From the IMG/VR virus record IMGVR_UViG_3300021559_000316: a DNA stretch of 38,118 nucleotides. One strand, written 5' to 3'. Both the position numbers and the translations under genes were made by a program. The notes beneath the pieces are model-generated. The model saw only the letters and a list, made by a program, of their open reading frames with translations. It was not told where the DNA came from and made no database searches. This document shows positions 17,151-24,947 of the stretch, in pieces. Position 1 is the stretch's first letter. Each line of letters opens with the position of its first letter. This stretch comes from an uncultured virus (IMG/VR IMGVR_UViG_3300021559_000316). Lineage: Duplodnaviria; Heunggongvirae; Uroviricota; Caudoviricetes.

Positions 17151-17628
17151 CCACGACGAAATCTTCCTCGTGAAGCTCGCAACCGCGTTACAGAAGACAC
17201 GACTCGAGGCAATCATCGTCGGCAACATGGCGAGCATCCTGAACGACGCTCCGGTCCTGACTCAGGACGTCGATCTACTCGTGCGTGACACCAAGCTCAA
17301 CCGCAAGAAGTTGAAGCAGCTCGCCAGCGAACTCGGCGGCACAGGCCCCGGATACATATCTGGGCTCACGTCTACGGAGCGCATCTACGGCGCCGATCTC
17401 CCAATCGACATCTTGTACGAAAAAATGATCGGGGGCCTGAAATTCGCGTCCGTCAAGTCGCGGGCGCGCCCGCACGTCGTCGGTAGCAAAGGCGAGCTAC
17501 TGATCGTGGCGTCGCTCGCCGACATCATCAAATCGAAGACTGCCGCCGGACGTGCGAAAGACAAGGCGGTGCTACCGATCCTCCGCGACACACTCGCGGC
17601 ACGGCAGGCAAGAGGATTGGACAAGTGA
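17140..17628 (+). CDS. Nucleotidyltransferase (Pol-beta superfamily, DUF6036/AbiEii-like)
   Basis: IIVGNMA...TQDVDLL...IDIL...SLADIIKSK.AAGRAKD; GAGGAGGAGG RBS. Confidence 0.8.
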   Translation: MAYSHDEIFLVKLATALQKTRLEAIIVGNMASILNDAPVLTQDVDLLVRDTKLNRKKLKQLASELGGTGPGYISGLTSTERIYGADLPIDILYEKMIGGLKFASVKSRARPHVVGSKGELLIVASLADIIKSKTAAGRAKDKAVLPILRDTLAARQARGLDK

Positions 17629-17650
17629 TGCTGTTGGCTGAGCCAGTATC

Positions 17651-18004
17651 ATGACCGCCAAGGCGCCGACTGCGCGCCAACTCGCGATCGAGCTCGGCGA
17701 GGATTCAGCCAACCAGCACGTCGTGCACATGATCGAGTGCGGGCTGCACAGCGGGTTCCCCAAATGCTGCATCGCCTTCTTCGTGAAGGTGTGGTGGCCG
17801 TGGCTGCTCGCGATCGATCAGCTGTCCACGCGAGCACGCGCGAGCGCGATGCCCGCGTTCAACACGTACCAGAAGTGGAACGGGCAGCCGGGCTACGTTC
17901 CGTGCCCGCGCTGCGCGATCGAGAAGAGCTTCGTCAAGGTGATCCCGTGCAACTGCGAAGAGCAGATCAAGCGCGAGGTGAGGCCGAGGGGATCGCGACG
18001 GTGA
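17651..18004 (+). CDS. Cys-rich hypothetical protein
   Basis: GLHSGFPKCCIAFF...YVPCPRC. Confidence 0.65.
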   Translation: MTAKAPTARQLAIELGEDSANQHVVHMIECGLHSGFPKCCIAFFVKVWWPWLLAIDQLSTRARASAMPAFNTYQKWNGQPGYVPCPRCAIEKSFVKVIPCNCEEQIKREVRPRGSRR

Positions 18005-19647
18005 CACCGCCGCCGCTCTTCAAGCATCAGCAGGAGCTGCTCGACAAGACGTGGGAGCTGCCCGCGTGGGCCGTCTTCTTCGAGCAGGGAACCGGGAAGA
18101 CTGCACCGACGATCCATACGGCGGCGCGACTATTCAACGCTGATCGACTCGACGCCGCGATCGTCGTCGCGCCGAATGGTGTTCATCGCAACTGGATCAT
18201 CGACGAGATCCCCAAGCACTGCCCAATCGCGTGGAAGGGGATCGACTGGCACTCGAGCCGCGGCAAGGGCCAGGACAAAGCCCTCGCGCAGCTCCTAGAG
18301 ACGCCTCGCCGATCCGCCCTCATGTGGTTCGCGATCACGTACGAGGCCCTGCTCACACCGCGCGGCCGTGCGGCCGTGCTCGCATTCAAGGAAAAATACC
18401 CGCGCTTCATGGCCATCTGCGATGAAGGCAGCCGGATCAAGAACGCCGAGGCGCTGCGCACCAAGAAGTGCGTCGCGCTCCGTGATCTCGCAGCGTACGC
18501 GCGAATCCTCAACGGCACGCCGATCGGGAACTCGGCCCTGGATGCCTATAGCCAATTACGTTTTCTCGACAAGATGTTCTGGATCCGCCACGGCATCGCG
18601 TCGTGGACAGCGTTCCGATCACGTTTTGCCGTCCTGCGCAAGATCGTCGTAGGTGGCGAGGACGATCGAGAGGCAGATGAACCCGCGCAGACGCGCGCGA
18701 GGTACGACGATCCGCACGACGCGACGCCAGACGGTGTCGATCTGTACGAGCAGCTCGACCTGACCGGAATCCTCGAAGAAGAGAAACATCAACCGAAAGT
18801 TGATGTTTCTTCTGCCCAACCCAAAAAAGGTCAACCGAAGACGATCGGACGAACGATCGAAGTAGTCGTCGGCTTCCGCGAGCTGGACAAACTCAAGGAG
18901 ATGATCGCGCCAATCTCGACCCGCATCACCAAGGAGGACGCCGGACTCGATCTACCACCGAAGCTCTACAGCCGAATCGTCTTCGACCTCCTGCCCGAGC
19001 AGCGGCGCGTCTACGACACGCTCCGCAAGGAGTTCATGGTCGAGCTCGACAACGGCGCGCTCGTCACCGCCCCACTCGCACTCACGCGCATCATGCGCCT
19101 CCAGCAGATCGCGTGCGGCTACCTACCGAACCCGGACGATCCCGACCATCCCAAACTCTTCTTCAACGCTGACGGCAACAACCCACGACTCCAGCAACTG
19201 CTCGAGCTGCTAGAGGACACGCCGCACCAAGCGATCATCTGGGCCCGCTTCACGCAGGACATCGACGCGATCTGCCGCGCGCTTGGTCCGCCAAAGTGCG
19301 CGCGCTACGACGGCGAGGTCTCCGAGACGGAGAAGGCCCGGAGCATCGATCGCTTCCGCGCGGGCAAGGCGAAGTTCATGATCGCCAAGACAGCGTCGAT
19401 GGGCGTTGGGCTCACGCTCAACGAGGCGAAGTCCGTCTTCTACTACTCGAACACGTTCAGCTACTACGAGCGCACGCAAAGCGAAGATCGCTGCCACCGC
19501 GTCGGCCAGACGAATCCGGTCACGTACTACGATCTCGAGGCGTACAAGACCGTCGACGGGAGGATTCTGAAGGCGTTGAAGGAATGCGCGGACGTTGCCT
19601 CGAAAGTCACGGGAGACTCGCTGCGTACTTGGTTCGAGGAATCCTGA
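18001..19647 (+). CDS. SNF2-family (SF2) helicase
   Basis: FKHQ, EQGTGKT, DEGS, LNGTP, RLQQI, GLTL, QSEDRCHRVGQ; GAGGGG RBS with GTG start. Confidence 0.92.
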   Translation: MTPPPLFKHQQELLDKTWELPAWAVFFEQGTGKTAPTIHTAARLFNADRLDAAIVVAPNGVHRNWIIDEIPKHCPIAWKGIDWHSSRGKGQDKALAQLLETPRRSALMWFAITYEALLTPRGRAAVLAFKEKYPRFMAICDEGSRIKNAEALRTKKCVALRDLAAYARILNGTPIGNSALDAYSQLRFLDKMFWIRHGIASWTAFRSRFAVLRKIVVGGEDDREADEPAQTRARYDDPHDATPDGVDLYEQLDLTGILEEEKHQPKVDVSSAQPKKGQPKTIGRTIEVVVGFRELDKLKEMIAPISTRITKEDAGLDLPPKLYSRIVFDLLPEQRRVYDTLRKEFMVELDNGALVTAPLALTRIMRLQQIACGYLPNPDDPDHPKLFFNADGNNPRLQQLLELLEDTPHQAIIWARFTQDIDAICRALGPPKCARYDGEVSETEKARSIDRFRAGKAKFMIAKTASMGVGLTLNEAKSVFYYSNTFSYYERTQSEDRCHRVGQTNPVTYYDLEAYKTVDGRILKALKECADVASKVTGDSLRTWFEES

Positions 19648-19678
19648 TGAAGACGATCACATGAAGGAAACTTGATCG

Positions 19679-20059
19679 ATGGTCGGGTGGTCGCGACGCG
19701 CAGAAGCATCTCGGCGAGCAGAGCGCGCTCGTCGCGCCGCCTACTACAAGAGCTGGCGACAGGACATCCAGCACGAGTGGGGCATCGTCGTCCACGCTCC
19801 CGACGAGCACCACGCGCTCTGCATGTCCGTCTTGGACCAGCTCGTGATCGTAAAGCCGTCCGACGTCGACTATTTCCTTCGCAGGGAGGCGCGGCACAAG
19901 CTGATCCAAGGCGGATCGCGGACGCTACGCTGCCGAATCTTCGGCTGCCGACCGATGAAGCCGTGCCGATGGGCCCCGCACTGCCAGAACTGCGAGGGAC
20001 GCTGCGCGCGGTGCGGCAACTACGTCGTACCGTCGGCGACGATGCGCGCGCGATCGTAG
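19679..20059 (+). CDS. Cys-rich hypothetical protein
   Basis: AAGGA upstream; CRIFGC...CQNC...CARCG. Confidence 0.55.
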   Translation: MVGWSRRAEASRRAERARRAAYYKSWRQDIQHEWGIVVHAPDEHHALCMSVLDQLVIVKPSDVDYFLRREARHKLIQGGSRTLRCRIFGCRPMKPCRWAPHCQNCEGRCARCGNYVVPSATMRARS

Positions 20060-20144
20060 ATCTCGGCGACCTCGAGAGCGCGATCTCACCGCGACATAGC
20101 GCGCGCGATCGGTCAGACAAAGTTAGTCGCGGCGCGATCTCCGG

Positions 20145-20283
20145 TTGTCCACAACGGCACGCGATCAACTCGCTCGTCGATCGATCCACAAGATCGATCA
20201 ACTTTTCCACAGCGGAGACGATCCCGCCGTCGTCTCGTCATACGTGCGTAGGCTTGACGACTCGCTTCGCGATTTTGTATGAG
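20145..20283 (+). promoter_or_regulatory. DnaA-box-like cluster plus putative promoter upstream of replication genes
   Basis: TTGTCCACA 20145, CGATCCACA 20182, TTTTCCACA 20203; TTGACG 20254-N18-TATGAG. Confidence 0.45.
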
Positions 20284-20309
20284 GGCGGTCCGTGTCGGAC
20301 CTGTCACCG

Positions 20310-20933
20310 ATGTCAGACGAGCGTGCGAACCTGTCTCGCATGGAACCTGTCACTCCTGACGCTGATCCGTTCGACTACGGATCCGATGCCGATCCAGATG
20401 GCAAGGTCGTCGCCCAGGCGTTCGCCGAACTCGATCGCCTGACGCTCGCCGCCGAGCGCGCAATCGAGGCTCGCAAGCGCGCCGAGGAGGCACTCCAGCG
20501 GGCCAAGGACGTCGAGCGCCAACTCATCGAGCGAGACATCCCCGAGCTGCTCGAGAAGATGCGCCTCGACAAGTGCACGACGTCCTCCGGCATCGAGGTC
20601 TCCGTCAAGCGCGAGATCCGCGCATCGCTGCCCGGCATGGAGCGCGTCGATGATCGCTTGCGCGCGTTCCAGTGGCTGCTCGACGGCGGCAACGGTGGCG
20701 TGATCAAGAACAAAGTCATCGTCGAGCTGGATCGTGGCAAGGACGAGCGCGCTGATCAGCTCGTCGTCGAGCTGCGCGCGCAGGGCTTCGAGCCGCAGTC
20801 GTACAAGGACGTGCATCCATCGACGCTCTCGGCGCTCATCCGCGAGCTAGTCGCCGCCGGCAAGATCGTGCCGCGCGACTGCCTGAACGTGTTCGACGAT
20901 CGCAAGGCGAAGCTCGCGCGGAAGGACGCGTGA
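20310..20933 (+). CDS. Phage replication-module protein (VHPSTL motif; start uncertain: 20292, 20310 or 20340)
   Basis: IPELL...AFQWL..G.GGVIK...VHPSTLSALIRE, a family I recall next to phage SSB-like genes. Confidence 0.75.
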   Translation: MSDERANLSRMEPVTPDADPFDYGSDADPDGKVVAQAFAELDRLTLAAERAIEARKRAEEALQRAKDVERQLIERDIPELLEKMRLDKCTTSSGIEVSVKREIRASLPGMERVDDRLRAFQWLLDGGNGGVIKNKVIVELDRGKDERADQLVVELRAQGFEPQSYKDVHPSTLSALIRELVAAGKIVPRDCLNVFDDRKAKLARKDA

Positions 20934-21005
20934 CTGCCGACATCACTTTTTGCTGCGGCGCTTCGGCGCCGCGTTGAACCCAGGAACCCAGGAAGGAAGA
21001 CGATC

Positions 21006-21920
21006 ATGACGACACCGCAGAAGCACGACACGCAGAACCACAAGGGCAAGGAGATGCCTCCCACGGCGATGACGAAGCCGCCCGAGACGACGGCGATCGA
21101 GGTCTACGACTACGGCGACGACTCCGGTCAGGGCTTCGAGAACCAGGACATGTCGGACCGCAAGCTGCCGATGCTCGTGCTCTTGCAGTCGAACAGCCCG
21201 CAGGTCGTCGAGAGCAAGGGCAAGATCCCGGTCGGATCGTTCCTGAACAGCGTCACCGGCGAGATCTACGAGGACGTCACGATCGTCCCCGCTGTCACGG
21301 ACCACTGCTTCGTGGCATGGGTCCCTCGCGACGACGGCGGCGGATTCCGCGGCCGCTTCGCAAAGGACGCCCCGATCGTCGCCGCGATGATCAAGCGCAA
21401 CGACGGCCGCAACGTCGGCAAGATCCCGTTCCCGCAGGTCGACGCGGCGGGCAAGCCGAAGCTCGACGCAAAGGGCAAGCCGGAGCCGACGCAGGAGCTC
21501 GTCGAGAGCTACGAGGTCTACTGCATCATCTACAAGGGCGAGGAGATCGTTGGCTTCGCGGTGATCCCGTTCACCTCGGCGAAGATCAAGGTGTACCGCG
21601 CGTGGAACTCACAGATCCGCGACTTCTCGCCGACGATCCACGGCAAGAAGATTCCCGCGGGGAAGATCCCGCTGTTCGCGCACCGCGTTCGCATGACGTC
21701 GGAGTCCGACACGAATGCCAAGGGCACGTTCATGATCCCGGTGCTCTCGCCGGCCGAGGGCGGCGACGATCTCGTCAAATCGCTCTTGCCGAAGACCGAT
21801 CCGCGCTACCAGGCCGCCAAGCTCCTCCACGACCAGGTCCTCGCGGGCCTCGCGAAGGCCGCGTGGGAGACGACCGAGCAGGATCCGGCACCGAACGCGG
21901 AGGAAGCCGCGCCGTTCTGA
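21006..21920 (+). CDS. Putative single-stranded DNA-binding protein
   Basis: GFEN...P.L.LLQSNSPQV motif; acidic C-tail ending EEAAPF; position in replication module. Confidence 0.7.
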   Translation: MTTPQKHDTQNHKGKEMPPTAMTKPPETTAIEVYDYGDDSGQGFENQDMSDRKLPMLVLLQSNSPQVVESKGKIPVGSFLNSVTGEIYEDVTIVPAVTDHCFVAWVPRDDGGGFRGRFAKDAPIVAAMIKRNDGRNVGKIPFPQVDAAGKPKLDAKGKPEPTQELVESYEVYCIIYKGEEIVGFAVIPFTSAKIKVYRAWNSQIRDFSPTIHGKKIPAGKIPLFAHRVRMTSESDTNAKGTFMIPVLSPAEGGDDLVKSLLPKTDPRYQAAKLLHDQVLAGLAKAAWETTEQDPAPNAEEAAPF

Positions 21921-21961
21921 TTCGTTTGCGGGCGTAGACGAGACAGTCAATACCCGCTCAA

Positions 21962-22012
21962 GGTCCCCGCCGTCGTCTGACAGGTTCGATGGCGGGGGCC
22001 GCCCTTTTTTTT
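21962..22012 (+). terminator. Intrinsic terminator after the SSB-like gene
   Basis: CCCCGCCGTCG/CGATGGCGGGG stem followed by T8. Confidence 0.75.
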
Positions 22013-22062
22013 CTTCGCTCGACCTGTCGGGGCTTTTGTCTTGGGAGTGAAAAACCTGTCCG

Positions 22063-22281
22063 ATGCGCGCTGTCACGTCGCATGATAATTTGTTGCGCTC
22101 GACCGCCTGGTACGGTGAGTCGCGGCATCCCGCCGAAGGTGTCCCCTGCCCGACGTGCCGGGCACCCAGCGGCAAGCCGTGCATCTCCACGATCGCCGTG
22201 CCCGGGACGTCGATCGGCATCGAGCAGCCGCTTCGCGGTCTGCACGCTGATCGCATTCGAGCGAGCGAGGGCGCGTCGTGA
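22063..22281 (+). CDS. Small zinc-finger protein (CPTC...GKPC...H..R)
   Basis: Same motif pattern as 9862-10071; GTGA overlap downstream. Confidence 0.55.
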   Translation: MRAVTSHDNLLRSTAWYGESRHPAEGVPCPTCRAPSGKPCISTIAVPGTSIGIEQPLRGLHADRIRASEGAS

Positions 22282-23537
22282 AGTGGTCGCACACGCCAGA
22301 GCAAGATCGCGCGCTCGTCGCGGTCAATCGCTGGCTCCACGATCCGCACGCGCCGCAGGTGTTCTATCTCGCCGGCTACGCGGGTACGGGTAAGACATCC
22401 CTCGCGAAGGACTTCGCCGAGGACATCGACGGCGACGTTTTCTTCGTCGCTCCAACAGGGAAGGCCGCGAAGGTGCTGCGCGAGAAGAAGTGCTGGAACG
22501 CGCAGACCATCCACTCCTTGATCTACGTGCCCGTCGGCGGTGATCCGCCATCGCCGGAGGCGATCCAGCAGCTCCGCAACGAGCTCGTGCGCCTTCGCGA
22601 GGTTAAAGATCCGGGAGCACAGGCAACCGCCGACAAGATCGCTGAGCAGATCAAGCGCGCCGAGGAGAACATCAAGAAGGGCAGCGGGCCGCGGTTCTCG
22701 CTCAACATCGAGAGCAAGCTTCGGCAAGCAAAGCTCTGCGTCTGCGACGAAGTGAGCATGGTGAACGAGCTCATGGGGCGCGATCTCGAGTCGTTCGGTA
22801 CCAAGCTCCTCGTGCTCGGCGACCCGGCGCAGCTGCCGCCCGTCTACGGCGCGGGATACTTCACGGCGCGCGATCCAGACTTCCTGCTCACCGAGATCCA
22901 TCGCCAGGAGGCCGACAGCCCGATCCACTTCCTCGCGGGTCTAGCCAGACGCGGCGAGAGGCTGCCATACGGCAAACACGGCGACTGCGAGGTGCTGCAC
23001 CGAGGCGACCCGTCGCTCGAGGCGCGCGCGATGGCCGCCGACATCATGATCGTCGGGCGAAACAAGACTCGCCACGCGTGCAACACGAAGGCGCGACGTC
23101 TGCTCGGCCGCGGCAACGAGCCCGCGCCGATTCCCGGCGACAAGGTGATCTGCCTGCGCAACGACTACGAGACTGGGTTGTTCAACGGCTCGACATGGGA
23201 CGTCACGCGCTGCGTGCCCGATCTCGACAAGATGACCGCGACGATCGATCTCGAGGACGAGTGGTTCGACGAGGACAACAAGCGCCACGTCGACGGGGTC
23301 GAGTGCGAGGCGTGGCTCCACCACTTCATGGGACGCGAGGACGAGCTCGCCGCGCATGATCGAAGAAAGCGCGCCGAGGTCGGGTTCGCGAACGCGATTA
23401 CATGCCACAAGAGCCAAGGCTCGGCCTGGAAGAATGTCGTCGTGTTCGACGAGTCGAGCGCGTTCGGCAAGGACGCTAATCGATGGAAGTACACGGCGAT
23501 CACGAGGGCCAGTCGTCGTGTCGAGGTCGTCGCGTGA
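22278..23537 (+). CDS. Dda/RecD-like SF1B helicase
   Basis: GYAGTGKT, APTGKAA, TIHSLIY, DEVSMV, GDPAQLPPV, EIHRQ, TCHKSQGS, YTAITRA. Confidence 0.93.
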   Translation: MKWSHTPEQDRALVAVNRWLHDPHAPQVFYLAGYAGTGKTSLAKDFAEDIDGDVFFVAPTGKAAKVLREKKCWNAQTIHSLIYVPVGGDPPSPEAIQQLRNELVRLREVKDPGAQATADKIAEQIKRAEENIKKGSGPRFSLNIESKLRQAKLCVCDEVSMVNELMGRDLESFGTKLLVLGDPAQLPPVYGAGYFTARDPDFLLTEIHRQEADSPIHFLAGLARRGERLPYGKHGDCEVLHRGDPSLEARAMAADIMIVGRNKTRHACNTKARRLLGRGNEPAPIPGDKVICLRNDYETGLFNGSTWDVTRCVPDLDKMTATIDLEDEWFDEDNKRHVDGVECEAWLHHFMGREDELAAHDRRKRAEVGFANAITCHKSQGSAWKNVVVFDESSAFGKDANRWKYTAITRASRRVEVVA

Positions 23538-24163
23538 TGCCGGCCTTCGTCGATCTCAGCGACAAGTCGATTGGCAAATGGCGTGTCATCGCACGTGTTC
23601 CGAACAGCAGCCCCGTGATGTGGACGTGCGCGTGCGCGTGCGACGGCGCGATGCATAAGGTGCGATCTTGTCATCTCGTCAGCGGCCGATCGACAAGCTG
23701 CGGTTGCGATCGAGATGCGAAATCGATCGTGCGCTTCACGAAGCACGGCCATTCCAAAAAGCAGCGATCACGTACGTACATCACGTGGAAGGCGATGCTC
23801 CAGCGTTGCTACAACAAGAAAAATCCAAACTATCCAAAATACGGCGGCGCTGGGGTCAGAGTCTGCGCGCGTTGGCACACGTTCCAGAACTTTCTCGTCG
23901 ACAAAGGCGAACGACCATCGGGAAAGACGATCGATCGCTGGCCTAATCGAGATGGTGACTACACACCGGAAAACACACGCTGGGCGACTCCCAGCGAACA
24001 GCGCCGGAACCAGAATCAAACGAAGCTCACCGCCCATTCGGCGAAAAAGATCTTCGAGACACCGAAAACAGAAAGCTCCAAGAGCGTCGGAGCACGCTTC
24101 GGCGTCTCTTCTGGCGTCGTGCGTAAGATTCGTCGCGGACTCATCTGGAAGGGCGCGGCGTAG
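23537..24163 (+). CDS. HNH homing endonuclease
   Basis: WTCACAC, SCGC, W..M..RC, YGG.G..VC.RW, TIDR..N.G.Y.PEN.RWAT; lower GC than flanks. Confidence 0.85.
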   Translation: MPAFVDLSDKSIGKWRVIARVPNSSPVMWTCACACDGAMHKVRSCHLVSGRSTSCGCDRDAKSIVRFTKHGHSKKQRSRTYITWKAMLQRCYNKKNPNYPKYGGAGVRVCARWHTFQNFLVDKGERPSGKTIDRWPNRDGDYTPENTRWATPSEQRRNQNQTKLTAHSAKKIFETPKTESSKSVGARFGVSSGVVRKIRRGLIWKGAA

Positions 24164-24442
24164 ATGGCCGACGTCCTCGCCGCCGCGCACGCCGCAATCG
24201 CCGACGTCGGCGCGACCCCGCGCGAGAAGCTGCTCGCGCAGGGCGTGATCGCGATGATGGAGGACGCCGGCAAACTCATCGCGCTCGTGGAGAATGATCG
24301 CGATCAGCTGCTCATGATCGTTCGCGGCGTGATCACCGAGCGCGTCGGGGACATCCGCCACGCGAGAGAGACGTCGATGATGTGCAAGCTCGAGCGCCAC
24401 GTGAGGGAGTACGACGAGGCGAAGAAGCGGAGGGGTGGATGA
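24164..24442 (+). CDS. Hypothetical protein
   Basis: TAG-ATG abutting; ATGA overlap. Confidence 0.6.
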   Translation: MADVLAAAHAAIADVGATPREKLLAQGVIAMMEDAGKLIALVENDRDQLLMIVRGVITERVGDIRHARETSMMCKLERHVREYDEAKKRRGG

Positions 24443-24723
24443 TCCTCGTCGACGGCATCACCGGGCACGGCACACCGCTTCGCTACAAGCAGTGGTCGCA
24501 TATGGTTTCCGATACGTCGGAGGAAGAGCTGCACGCGTTCGCCGCGAAGCTCGGCCTCAAGAGGCAGTGGTTCCAGTGTCGACCGCACGCGAGCGCGGCG
24601 CACTACGACATCACGCCACCCAAGCGTGCAATCGCGCTTCGTCTCGGCGCGATCGCAGTCTCGTCGCGCGAGCTCGTCACGCGCAACTACGACGGCCTGC
24701 GCCGGCGAGGGCTGCTCGTATGA
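24439..24723 (+). CDS. DUF4031 family protein
   Basis: WSHMVSD..EELHAFAAKLGLKRQWFQ...HYDI. Confidence 0.85.
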   Translation: MILVDGITGHGTPLRYKQWSHMVSDTSEEELHAFAAKLGLKRQWFQCRPHASAAHYDITPPKRAIALRLGAIAVSSRELVTRNYDGLRRRGLLV

Positions 24724-24947
24724 GCGAGCTGACGACCGAAGATCTCCAAGGCCACGTCCGCGCGATGACGCGCGCGCAGACCGAGGAGGAGCTGATTGTC
24801 GCGTTCGCCACGTACGTCAAGGACTGTGTCGAGCACGAGACCGATCCGTACGACAAGATCGGTCGCTTCTTCGTGAGCATGCTGCGCGGGCAGCTCGACG
24901 CGATGGGGCGGCTGCTCGCGCGCCGCACACGCGGAGGCGTCGCGTGA
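24720..24947 (+). CDS. Hypothetical protein
   Basis: ATGA/GTGA overlaps. Confidence 0.6.
   Translation: MSELTTEDLQGHVRAMTRAQTEEELIVAFATYVKDCVEHETDPYDKIGRFFVSMLRGQLDAMGRLLARRTRGGVA

Noticed and set aside
18652..18852. Intein in the SNF2 helicase (also considered for the insert at 36678-36860)
   Set aside because: Too short and lacking the C-terminal His-Asn/nucleophile splice motifs
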